Source: Emiliania huxleyi CCMP1516
Taxonomy: Eukaryota
Reading direction: 5' to 3'
Assembly: GCF_000372725.1 (NCBI RefSeq)
Contig: NW_005202428.1
Span: forward strand, 2,890,670 to 2,954,669
Length of the DNA stretch: 64,000 nucleotides
A program made the translations under genes and the position numbers. Position 1 is the first letter of the stretch. Each line of letters starts with the position of its first letter. The notes beneath the pieces are model-generated. The model was not told the origin of the DNA. It made no database searches and was given only the letters and a program-made list of their open reading frames with translations. This document shows positions 1 through 9,065 of this stretch, in pieces.

Positions 1-1
1 G

Positions 2-217
2 CGGCAAATCTGCGAGGCGCTCGCGGGTCCGCTCGCGCGCGGCGAGCCTGCGAGGTCTCTCGCCGCCGCCCTCGCGGCGTCGGCTCACGAGGCGAGCCTG
101 CAGCCGGGGAGGAGCTCACCCTTCGCGGCCGCCGCGCAGAATGCCGGCCTGTCGCACAGCGGCGGCAAGCCAGATGACGTGACCGTCCTCTGCGTGCGAG
201 TCCTGGACGGCTCATAG
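2..217 (+). CDS. PTC7: 3' end of PP2C-family protein phosphatase (PTC7/PPTC7-like)
   Basis: Frame 2 reads ...SSPFAAAAQNAGLSHSGGKPDDVTVLCVRVLDGS*; SPF...GGKPDD(I/V)TV is the PTC7 C-terminal signature. Runs off the window start. Confidence 0.85.
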   Translation, partial: RQICEALAGPLARGEPARSLAAALAASAHEASLQPGRSSPFAAAAQNAGLSHSGGKPDDVTVLCVRVLDGS

Positions 218-725
218 ACAGTTCGTAGAGAGACAGCGCTGCAAACGAGTAGACTAGAGTCCCGGAGACCTCGATGTCGAGCCGGAGTGCGGAGACGAGA
301 CTCGAGAGGCGATATAGCGCGAGTCGCGCGTGTGCCTGTTGCGGGGCCAGAATTTCTGCCGAAGGAGTTGCGCATCGCGGCGAGCGGGGCGACGCAACGT
401 TGCGATTCTTTCTCGTACATGGATATGTCTATACGTAAAAGACACGGCGCGCCTGTATCTCCCCTTTAGCTTTACCGGATGATCGGACAGCTGCGAGAGC
501 GCAGAGCGAGTCGAGCCGAGAGGCGCACGCGCAGCGCTCCCTCCCGTGGTTTCGGTGTTCGTGCTAGAGAGGAGGCGCGGCGACTACCACCGAGCTCTGA
601 GCACCAGCGAGGGGCATGCAGGGAGGGCGGAACGTGTGGGGGAGGGGTGGGGTGGCCACCTGCCACAAAGCTGAGGCTCGTGGGCGAGAGGGGAAAGGAG
701 GAGTGGTTACCCGCGGTCGCGGTCA

Positions 726-1319
726 TCAGGAAAGCAGCCGCTTTGCGACAGGCGAGAGCTTGTGGTGCTCCATACTCACGTACGGCGAGGAGTACGACAT
801 GCCGGCCTCGGGGGCGACTGCGCGAGAGCTGACGGGCGCCGTGAGGCGCGCGAGCAGACAGGCGCCGCCTCCGACGAGGAGGGCGAGGGTCGAGGCCATG
901 AGCCAAGGCGACGCGAGGGCGGCGTCGAGAGGCTGCGCGCCGTCCGCGAGCGCGTCGCACCACATCGCAGCCGCCACGGCCAGACCCAGGAAGAGCGCGA
1001 GGCTCGTTCTCGCGCGGAAGCGGCCTCCGGCGCGAAGCGAGCCGACGGGGAGCACGAGGCACTCGTAGACGCAGGCGACGGTGGCGACAGTGGCAAGGTC
1101 AAACTGATTCGAGGAGGGGAAGAAGACGGCGATGAATAGCAGCGCAGCGAGCGCGAGCCGCAGCGCGCCAACCAGCGGCATCAGCTTGACGTCCTCCGCG
1201 CCGAAGTCAGCGCCCTTTGGGGATATGAAGACATCGAGCAGCCCGCCGGCAAACTCCACCAGCCCGACCAGGCAGAGCGCCGGGCCGGTGAAGTCGCTGA
1301 GCTTCTCCGCGGGCGTCAT
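726..1319 (-). CDS. Small multi-pass membrane protein, unknown function
   Basis: 197-aa ATG-initiated ORF with about 5 hydrophobic segments; no family recognised. Confidence 0.6.
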   Translation of the reverse strand: MTPAEKLSDFTGPALCLVGLVEFAGGLLDVFISPKGADFGAEDVKLMPLVGALRLALAALLFIAVFFPSSNQFDLATVATVACVYECLVLPVGSLRAGGRFRARTSLALFLGLAVAAAMWCDALADGAQPLDAALASPWLMASTLALLVGGGACLLARLTAPVSSRAVAPEAGMSYSSPYVSMEHHKLSPVAKRLLS

Positions 1320-1370
1320 CTCTGTGAGTCGTGTGGCCTAGGCCGACCGAATTTCTTCTTCGACGTTGTA

Positions 1371-1849
1371 CCGTCGGGTCTCTATTTTAAGATGAGGTAA
1401 ACAGCAATAGATCCGGCCCTCAAGCGGCCTAATCGATACCCGGCCCTCACGGAATCGGTCCCTCGTTGTACAGCAATCGATCCTTCACACTGCCCGCGCG
1501 CTGCCAAACTTGGGGTCGAGAATCGGTCCCCAGGTTACCTGTGGCGCGAAGCTGCGATATGTCTCCCGCCCTCGGCGCGCCGACCGCGCAGCGGCGGCAG
1601 ACCACCCTCCGGTTCGAGGGGCGCCTGGGGCTGAGCGGGCTGCCTCCGCCAGAGTTTGGCTCGCCCACCGGCGGGCTGTCACCCTGCCACGGGTCGCAAG
1701 CCCTCTGCCGGCCGGAGCGCAGGCTGCGCAGGCTTCCAGCAATTGGTCCCTTGGCAAGTGCGAATCGGTCCCCCTGGCTCCAGGAACTGATCCGGCACTA
1801 CACCCGGATCTATTGCTGTTTACCTCATCTTAAAATAGAGACCCGACGG
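1371..1849. mobile_element. Tc1/mariner-type MITE
   Basis: Perfect 49-bp inverted repeat 1368-1416 / 1804-1852 including the flanks; element starts CCGT, ends ACGG, with TA on both sides (1369-1370, 1850-1851). Confidence 0.85.
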
Positions 1850-1852
1850 TAC

Positions 1853-1888
1853 CTGTTGTACCTGTTGTACCTGTTGTACCTGTTGTTC
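1853..1888 (+). repeat. (CTGTTGTAC)n tandem repeat abutting the MITE right end
   Basis: Three exact copies and one degenerate copy. Confidence 0.85.
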
Positions 1889-2188
1889 AGTGCACAGTGG
1901 TCAGCAAGCAGAAAATGCCAAAACCCCCGGGTACAACCCGAAAATACCCGAGGTTTTCCAGGTATTTTCGGGTATTACCCGCACTGCCACTGGACGGTGG
2001 ACTTCGAAGAATACCAGCATCTTCTTCTTGCGTCCACCCATACCGCGCTGGTGTCCAGTCCGAGCCAGACTGTTCTTCACCTTCCTACCTACCTATATAC
2101 CTACCGCATGTGTGTGCCAGTCCGCGCCTGTGTCGACCCTGACTGAGCTCTGAGGGGTGAGGGCCCAAAAGTTCAGAATCGTGCTTTT

Positions 2189-2233
2189 TGGGTTGGGTTG
2201 GGTTGTTAGGTCGGGTTGGGTCGGGTTGGGTTG
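2189..2233 (+). repeat. (GGGTT/GGGTC)n array
   Basis: Directly visible pentamer repeats. Confidence 0.7.
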
Positions 2234-2999
2234 TTCGCCGCGGGGGAGAGCAGACCGCAGTTCATTAGCGCACTCCTCTCGAGTTCGCGCACATGTGCAC
2301 AAGATCCGCGTGGCGGGGGAAACCGGGGCGGCGGGGGTAGAGCTGTCTCACAAACGTTAACTTTGGGCCTAACAGTTGCACTATTGTTGGCTGAAATCCT
2401 CAACGTTGTTCAAGTGTTCTCCCCAGCCGAAGCTGTTACTGTTTGTTACTGGCCCTCCGCGCCCGCCGACGGCCGCGACCCCAAGGTTGTCGCCAACTAC
2501 CTCGGCAAGACGCCGCAAGCGCGGGCCCCGCCTGCCAGTGTCACCGCCGACGAACCGGGCGTCGCGCGGTATGTCCTGAAGAGAAAGTCGTTCAACAAGT
2601 TCGCAAAGTCTTTGCCTCGCGCCCGCAAGGGCGGCCCGACCCAAGTCGACTACGAGCTCGTCCGCATCATCACCGAGTCGACCGACGGGGCGGACTGCCT
2701 CTTCAGCTTCTGCACCTCCTTTAGCTGGGGTGTCATGCACGAGCGTCTCAAGCGGCTTGAGGACGACCTCAACGCCGTCTGCCTCTGGAAGGACGATGGC
2801 GTCAGCTGCAGGCCCCTCGGGCTCTGCAGCATCTTCACGCGCTCAGCCGAACGGTGCATCGCGCTCCAGGAGCGCGACTGGGCGGAGCAGTTCTGCACCA
2901 CGCAGCTTCCTGAGGTTGCCAAGGTCAGGGCGGAGGCACTCGAGGACGCGCCACCGTCACCACCGCCACCGCAGAAGCCGCGTACACTTCGAGGTGCAT

Positions 3000-3823
3000 C
3001 ACGCACGGACACGGCTCGGCCGAGAAGCTGCGCTTCATCCAGGAGCAGCAGCCTCTTTACCGCGAGCAGGCTCGGCAGCGTCAGCAACTGCGCGACCTTC
3101 ACCGCAGCGCAAGCGACAGCCTACTAAGCTATGCTGCAGTGCGCAGTTCTACCACCGGAGAGCCCCGCCTCAGCTCCAACCGGCTAAACAGCAGCTCGAG
3201 CACCCTCTTTGAGACGGTCGCGCCACGACCAGAACTCACCGACAATTCGTACGCGGCGACGGGGTCGCTCTCGATGCTCGGTTCACAGGTACTGTCGTGT
3301 CGCCGCTCCTCGGGCTCCTTCGGATTCGGCACAGCGACCCGTGAGCAGCTCGGACGGCTCTACATCTCCCCGGCGCACCTCGGGCATCTGCGCTGCCTAG
3401 AGGGTGCACCGCCGGGATCCTACGAGGTGAGCTCCTCGCTCGGGCGGCAGGCGCCTCCGAGACAGCTCTTGTCGCCGCCCCACGCGTGAGAAGCGAGATG
3501 TTGCCGCGTTCGATCTCACTGTAGGTGCTCGACAAGAGGCTTTCTTACCCTGCCCCTGCCTTCTCGCTGGTCGACCGCTGGGCTGCCGAGCGGCGTGAGC
3601 AGGCCGCGCGCGCTGGGCCAGGCCCGGGGCAGTACTGTGTATGAGGTCTGTCGAGCATCCCAGCACACCCGCTCTGCGGCCGCACACACCCCAGCGCGCA
3701 GGGCGGCTCATGATCGTGCGCACACCCGCAACCCACGGCCCGTGCGCACAGCGCAACTCGACGCACACGCCATACTACCTGCCAAACACGAAGCGCGTGC
3801 CCTCGTCGATGGACCCGCCCTAG
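3000..3823 (+). CDS. SHIPPO/STPG (PGPGxY repeat)-like axonemal protein, spliced, 5' end uncertain
   Basis: Reads SMLGSQVLSCRRSSGSFGFGTATR...APPGSYEVSSSLGRQ|VLDKRLSYPAPAFS...GPGPGQY; GC-AG intron near 3450-3524. May join the upstream 2400-2990 ORF. Confidence 0.5.
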
Positions 3824-4055
3824 GCGCGGGGCGGCGGCGCGGGAGCGAGCGACGCGGGTGGTGGGAGGGGCAGGGTGTTTTAAAAGTCTTCTCTACACAC
3901 GCATATATACATCGCGCAGGGCGAGACGAGGGAAGGAACAAGCCGTAGTCGCCGACCACACCCACAAAGAACCCTGCACAAAGATCGCATCTCCCAGAAG
4001 AGGTGTCCGTTTATTTATTTATTTACATCGCCCCCTCCTCAGTCTGCAGCCTCAC

Positions 4056-5106
4056 TTAGCCGATCGCCGATCTCGCTTCTCGGCCGCCGGCCCTCGGTCG
4101 CAGCTTCAGCTCAGCCCACACCAGCTGGTGATCGGACGCGGGAGTGTCGACGAGACCGGCTCGGAGGACGGTGCACCGTGCGGTGCAGATCACGTCGTAC
4201 CGGCGAGGCAAGTCGACCCCAAGCGCACCTGTCTCGAGCAGCAGCGAGGGCCGCCTCAGCGTGGGCCTCAGCCGGGGCGGGCCTTTGGGCGGCCTTGCGC
4301 AAGCCTGCAGCGACGGCGAGCCGGTGGCCGAGCTTTGGCTCGCGGGCGCGCGCAAAGTGGTGTGTGTCTGCCGGCCGCGCCGGGCCGGCGGCCAGAGCCG
4401 CGTCGCGTGCTCGGTGGCGGTGCACTAGCGGCTGCAGCAGCGCAGCGAGTGCCGGCTCAGCGGCTTTGCGAAGCAGCGTGAAAGCGTTTGTGTCGCCGCA
4501 TGCGACCAGCGGCGCGGAGAGAGGGACCTGCGGCCGGGCACGCCGCGGCGTGAGCAGGTCGCGTGAGAGCCAGAGAGCGGCGCCGGCCGAGTGGCCGCAG
4601 TGGTCTTGCAGCGGTGTCGCACGCGCCTCGGAGGTCAGCGCATGCGATAGCGCGCGCATCTGGCGTGTGCGGTGCGCCAGGTCGCCCGCAGCGTCGAGGT
4701 GGAAGCTGACGAGCGTGGCGCTGCACCGGCCGGCGGCATGGCCAGCAGCGCAACGCGGCGCGAAGCGAACCGCGAGCGCCCACCGCTGCTCGGGCGTCTT
4801 GCTCGTGTACGCCCACTGCCAGCGTGGCACGCGAGTCAGCCGCGGCAGGCCAATCGCCGACCGCCGGCGAGGGACGAGGCGTGTCCGGTCGTACACGACG
4901 GCAAGGCCGCGTGCAACCGGGTGCCACGCGGCAGCAAAGCGGGGACCCAGTGCCCGGGCGACGGCCGAGGCCGCGCTGTGCGAGCACTCCTGCAGGCACA
5001 GCGCGCCGACGCCGCGCTCGCGGTGGAGGCGGGCGTACGCCGGGAGAAGCTCGGGCAGGAAGAGGCCGTGCATGATGTTGTGCGAGCCGACGAGCAGCGA
5101 GCGCAT
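4056..5106 (-). CDS. Endonuclease/exonuclease/phosphatase (EEP) family protein, one intron
   Basis: Motifs SHNI, LCLQE, FHL, VACGDTN, then YDVI and ASDH in the last exon. Confidence 0.85.
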
Positions 5107-5184
5107 TTTCCAAGCAAGCGGCTGGAAAAGAGAAAAATTACATACTTTGCCGCTTGCTTTTTGTTGTTGACGTCGTTGATCAGT

Positions 5185-5530
5185 TGGCACTCAGGGGAGT
5201 TGACCCAGTTGGTACGCATCTTGCGTGCCTGCTTGTTGATGTTGTCGGCATGCCCGCCACCGGCCCACCGCCGCCATGGAGATCTGCTGGCTGCGGTGTG
5301 GGACGCTCGCGCCGACGCCCCCCACCCATACACCGTCCGGTCCGTGTTGGCCGCTTCCTTGGCGAACACGTGGAGGAACTGCTTGGTGGGCGGCGCAATA
5401 CCACGCAAAGTTTCCACGAGCACCAGCCGCGACAAACAGTGTTAGAGTTGTTTGGTATTGCTAAAAATCTCTCTCTCCAGCCGCGTTACGGCTTTCTTGA
5501 CCCACTTCGCGTCGTAGTACTGACCGTCCA
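5185..5530 (-). mobile_element. Degenerate 3' end of a CRE-like (RLE) non-LTR retrotransposon, interrupted by a 45-bp insertion
   Basis: GQYYDAKWVKKAVTRL|VLVETLRGIAPPTKQFL...DRTVYG...HADNINK aligns with the copies at 27.7, 31, 45.8 and 58.1 kb. Confidence 0.7.
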
Positions 5531-5897
5531 CTTCAGGCTGCATTCTTCTTGACCCACCCGTCTCCATACGCGTGGTCTTTGACCCATCCCTTTCCAGTCG
5601 AGTGGTCGAGCGGTCCGTCTCCAGACGGCCAGAAAACAAGGGCGAAAAAGAGTGAGTCTTTCGCTAAGCGCGGGTTAGCGCGGGTTAGTGCTCACTAACC
5701 CGGCACGGGTCAGCACGGGTCAGAATGGGTTACCATAACCCGGCACTAACCCGGCACTAACCCGGCACTAACCCGGCACTAACCCAGCGCTAACCCGTGC
5801 GGCTGGGGGGCATACGTCAGCATGGGTCTGCGCCGGGTTAGGGGTGGGTTAGTGCCGGGTTAGTGCAGCGCACCCCGGGTTAGAGCTGGTTGGCGAG

Positions 5898-7030
5898 ATG
5901 AAACGGCTGCGGCGGGCACCCGAGCCGACCTCCGCGATGGAGCCTTGGCTGCAGAAGGCCGTGGATGCCAAGCTGCTCATTGAGAAGAACATCCGCGTGC
6001 GCAGTTCGGACGGGTCCAAGGCGGTTGCTAAGGCCGTCGGCTACACGTGCGCCAAAGACTCGTGCGGCATGCTCTTTAAGCTCAATGTATCGAAGCAACA
6101 GTACGATCGTCACTTGAGGGAAGCGGCGGCACATCGCGCGAGCAACTTTGCCTTTGGCACGAGCGTGCCAGCTCGTGGCGCTGCGTCTTCATCCTCCAAC
6201 GGGCAGCGACCGGCTGAGTTTCGTCCCCGGCCTTCGCCGGCTCAAATCTTTGCGGCGGTGAACGCCAAGGCTGCCGCGGTAGTGGCTGCCCAGGCGGCAT
6301 CGGCTGCCGAGGAGAGCAGGCGGGCCGAGCTCGCTCGCGCGCCGGTGCACGCGGCTGCTGCGGCCGCCATCTCTGCCAAGGCGACCGACGCTGCCGAGGA
6401 GAGCAGGCGGGCCGAGCTCGCTCGCGCGCCGGTGCACGCGGCTGCTGCGGCCGCCATCTCTGCCAAGGCGACCGACGCTGCCTGCGCCGCCATGTCGTCC
6501 TGCACTGCAAGCACTTCGGCGGCAAGGGCGACCGCTATCGCCCGAGCATCGCCGTGACGCTCGAGGCGGGCGAGCGCGCCGTCGTCATTTCGTGCGGCCT
6601 CGTCTCCTTTGTCGCTGTCGAGCGGTGGGTCAAATTCACGGACAAGGAAGGCAAGGAGGCCCGCCGTCTCGTGTGGCAGCTGTTTGGCCCCGACGACCCG
6701 CACGGCAACAAGAAGGGGCACAACCAGCTGCACGCTCTGCAGCGGCTGCTCGTGCTGGGCGGCTACCTTCCGGTCATCACCGACCTCTACGTGCTCGCTG
6801 CGAACGACTCGTACACGGTACTGCCTCGCAACGCTCTCCGCGTGCCCAACAAGCAGAGCGAGCCGTTGGCGCGTCAGGTGCTCGACTACCGGAACGCGCG
6901 GATGCTGCGTGAGCTCGACGACAACGATGCTAAAAACGTGGCCGGCTTTGGGCGCCGGCGCGAGGGCACGGCCACGTACATCGACTTCAACGCGCACCTC
7001 GCGAGAGCGACAGACGAAGGCTTTGTGCCG
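5898..7030 (+). CDS. Element ORF A: N-terminal C2H2-like zinc finger, Ala-rich 90-bp duplication, unknown domain; apparently truncated
   Basis: CAKDSC...RHLREAAAH; AAEESRRAELARAPVHAAAAAAISAKATDA occurs twice; frame change or intron near 6555; protein-like reading ends near 7030. Confidence 0.55.
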
Positions 7031-7949
7031 GTGGGCGGTGAGCTTGGCGATCTCGACCTCCAGCTTCGAGAAGCCGGAGGTGTAGTGCTCGTTCATGAAG
7101 GTCTCGATCGCCTTGAGCACCTGGAGTGCACGCACCGCAGGGGAGGTGGGGTGAGGAGCGCCGAGGGATATGGTCGCAGTGCTGGGCGAGGCGCACCTCC
7201 CCATTCTTCTGCGACTGCGCGGGGTTGAGCGCCTTCTTGATCGAGCTCGCACTGTGGCCAATGAGGCCGGCGGCGGTGGCACCCTTGATCACGCCGCCCA
7301 CCTCAGTCGCTGCATCCTCGAGGAAGGTGTCGTACTTGATGGCAGTGGACCGTGCGCGGGCCTTGAGCAGCTCATCCGCGCGGAGGTAGAGAATCAGCTT
7401 GGTGTCGGGCGCGGCGTCAGGCTTCTGCTCGATCTGAATGCGCGTGTCGAGGCTAAGCATCTCGAAGCGCATGGCGACCTCGCGCACACTGGCCTGCAGC
7501 GCCTGCACCTTGATGACCTGCACGCAGAGGTCGCGCAGCTCCATCCCGAGCTGCTCGCCGAGAATGCTGCCGGCAAGCTCGCCCAGCGTGGTGACGCCGC
7601 CGTAGGGGTTGGCGGGAAGGGCGTGCCTGCGAGTGACGATGTACTCTGCCTTGCCGGTTGGACCGCGCTTGGCGCCGACGCCAGAGATGTTGAGAAACGC
7701 GTCATTGGATCCGACGCCATAAAACACCGCTTGCACCGAGGCGCCGGAGATGCGCAGCGGTCCCTGCGGTGGCGGCGGTGGCGGCTCCATGCGCGGCACG
7801 TTGTCCTCCTCGTCGAATAACGCCGCGGCGCGCTGCGCCCAATACTCATCGTGATCCATTGTCGTTGCTGCAACTCTGTTCGCGCCCTCCGAGTTTCGCG
7901 CTCGCCGATCGGCGAGAAACTCGCGGGCGGGCACTTCTGTTACAGGCAT
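7030..7949 (-). CDS. Element ORF B, unknown protein with one GT-AG intron; apparently truncated
   Basis: ATG at 7949; ...QSQKNGE|VLKAIETFMNEHY... across an intron at about 7197-7122. Confidence 0.6.
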
Positions 7950-8102
7950 GTTGTTTTTAGTTGTATATTGTTCGTAGGTATATTGTTGTTAGTCGAATGT
8001 CGCCCGCATTTATGTATGAACAAAGTAACAACAAACCTGCCGCGCATTCGAGACGGTGCAACCGCCGCTAGTCAACTTGCTTCCTTCGCCGTCGGCTGCG
8101 CG

Positions 8103-8495
8103 ATGGCGCCGCCCCATGATGACGACGACTGTCCGCCTACAGCCGAGACAGTCACCACGGCAGTGCGGAAGGAGCGCCGCCGCCAGCGCCAGCGGCGGGA
8201 GCAACGCGCCATTGATGCCGCCTTAGCGGCGGACCGAGCCGCCAGATCAGGGTGGGTGCGCCGGACGGCCCGCCCAGAGTCGTTGCGCGTGCTGGACGAT
8301 GGCACGGTGCAGTTCAAGATGCGCCAGTGGCACGGCACGTGGAGGTGGCTAGTCCACGAAGACTCGGGCTCAGAGACAGAAGGCATGACCACCGAGGTCG
8401 CGGACGAGCACTCGGTGTACATCGAAAGCCTGGGCGGCCGGTACGTCTGGGACGAGGATCGCTCGTGCTGGAAGTGGACCGTGTACGTCGACTAG
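8103..8495 (+). CDS. Element ORF C, small Trp-rich protein with a basic stretch
   Basis: MAPPHDDDD...RKERRRQRQRR...GGRYVWDEDRSCWKWTVYVD*; divergent from ORF B across an AT-rich spacer. Confidence 0.55.
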   Translation: MAPPHDDDDCPPTAETVTTAVRKERRRQRQRREQRAIDAALAADRAARSGWVRRTARPESLRVLDDGTVQFKMRQWHGTWRWLVHEDSGSETEGMTTEVADEHSVYIESLGGRYVWDEDRSCWKWTVYVD

Positions 8496-9065
8496 AGCAC
8501 CTCCCTCCTCACTGCTCCGTGCGCGCCTGACGCCCAGTCGACACACCTCCCGGTGCGCCCATGGCCTCCGTTGCAGTGGCAGTGCGGGCTGCAGGGGGCC
8601 CGGCGGCCGGCCCTCAACGTGTGCCAGTGATGGCCCTAGGGAGGAGTGCACTGAGGGCGGTACATTATAGATCCTGTGGCATGAGACTGTCCCGCTCGCC
8701 ATGCGCCCGCGGCTGTGGTGTGGCGAGTGTGCAGTGAACGCACGAGAGAGGGGCGGAACGAGCCGTAGACGGCTCTAACCCAAACCTAACCCGAGACTAA
8801 CCCGAGACTAACCCGGCGCTAACCCGGGCTGCTCGGGGGCATACGTTAGGATGGGTTAGTCTCGGGTTAGTGCCGGGTTAGTGCCGGGTTAGTGCCGGGT
8901 TAGCGTCGGGTTATGGTAACCCGTTCTAACCCGTGCTGACCCGTGCTGGGTTAGTGTGGCTTAACCCGGTGGAACCCACGGCTAACCCGCGCTTCCTGAC
9001 AGACTCACAAAAGAAAAATCTGGTCGCGCCAGGACTCCAGCCCACGGCCTCAAAACTGGCGAGGG

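Larger units (their letters stand above)
5652..9008. mobile_element. 3.36-kb TIR element with CTAACCCGGCA subterminal arrays and three internal ORFs
   Basis: Ends GTGAGTCT...AAGCGCGGGTTAGC and its reverse complement; roughly 130-150 bp imperfect inverted repeats; AAAAGA on both flanks (5646-5651, 9009-9014). Confidence 0.85.

Noticed and set aside
1895..1992. Tiny CAGTGG...CCACTG element with an internal hairpin
   Set aside because: Only a 6-bp terminal match and no TSD; too weak to call.
2216..3127. 303-aa ORF as a transposase
   Set aside because: No DDE or other recognisable motif; it may be an upstream exon or an unrelated hypothetical gene.
7170..7820. Many long overlapping antisense or alternate-frame ORFs here and throughout
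   Set aside because: Expected from high GC and stop-codon scarcity; Arg/Pro/Ala-rich with no motifs.
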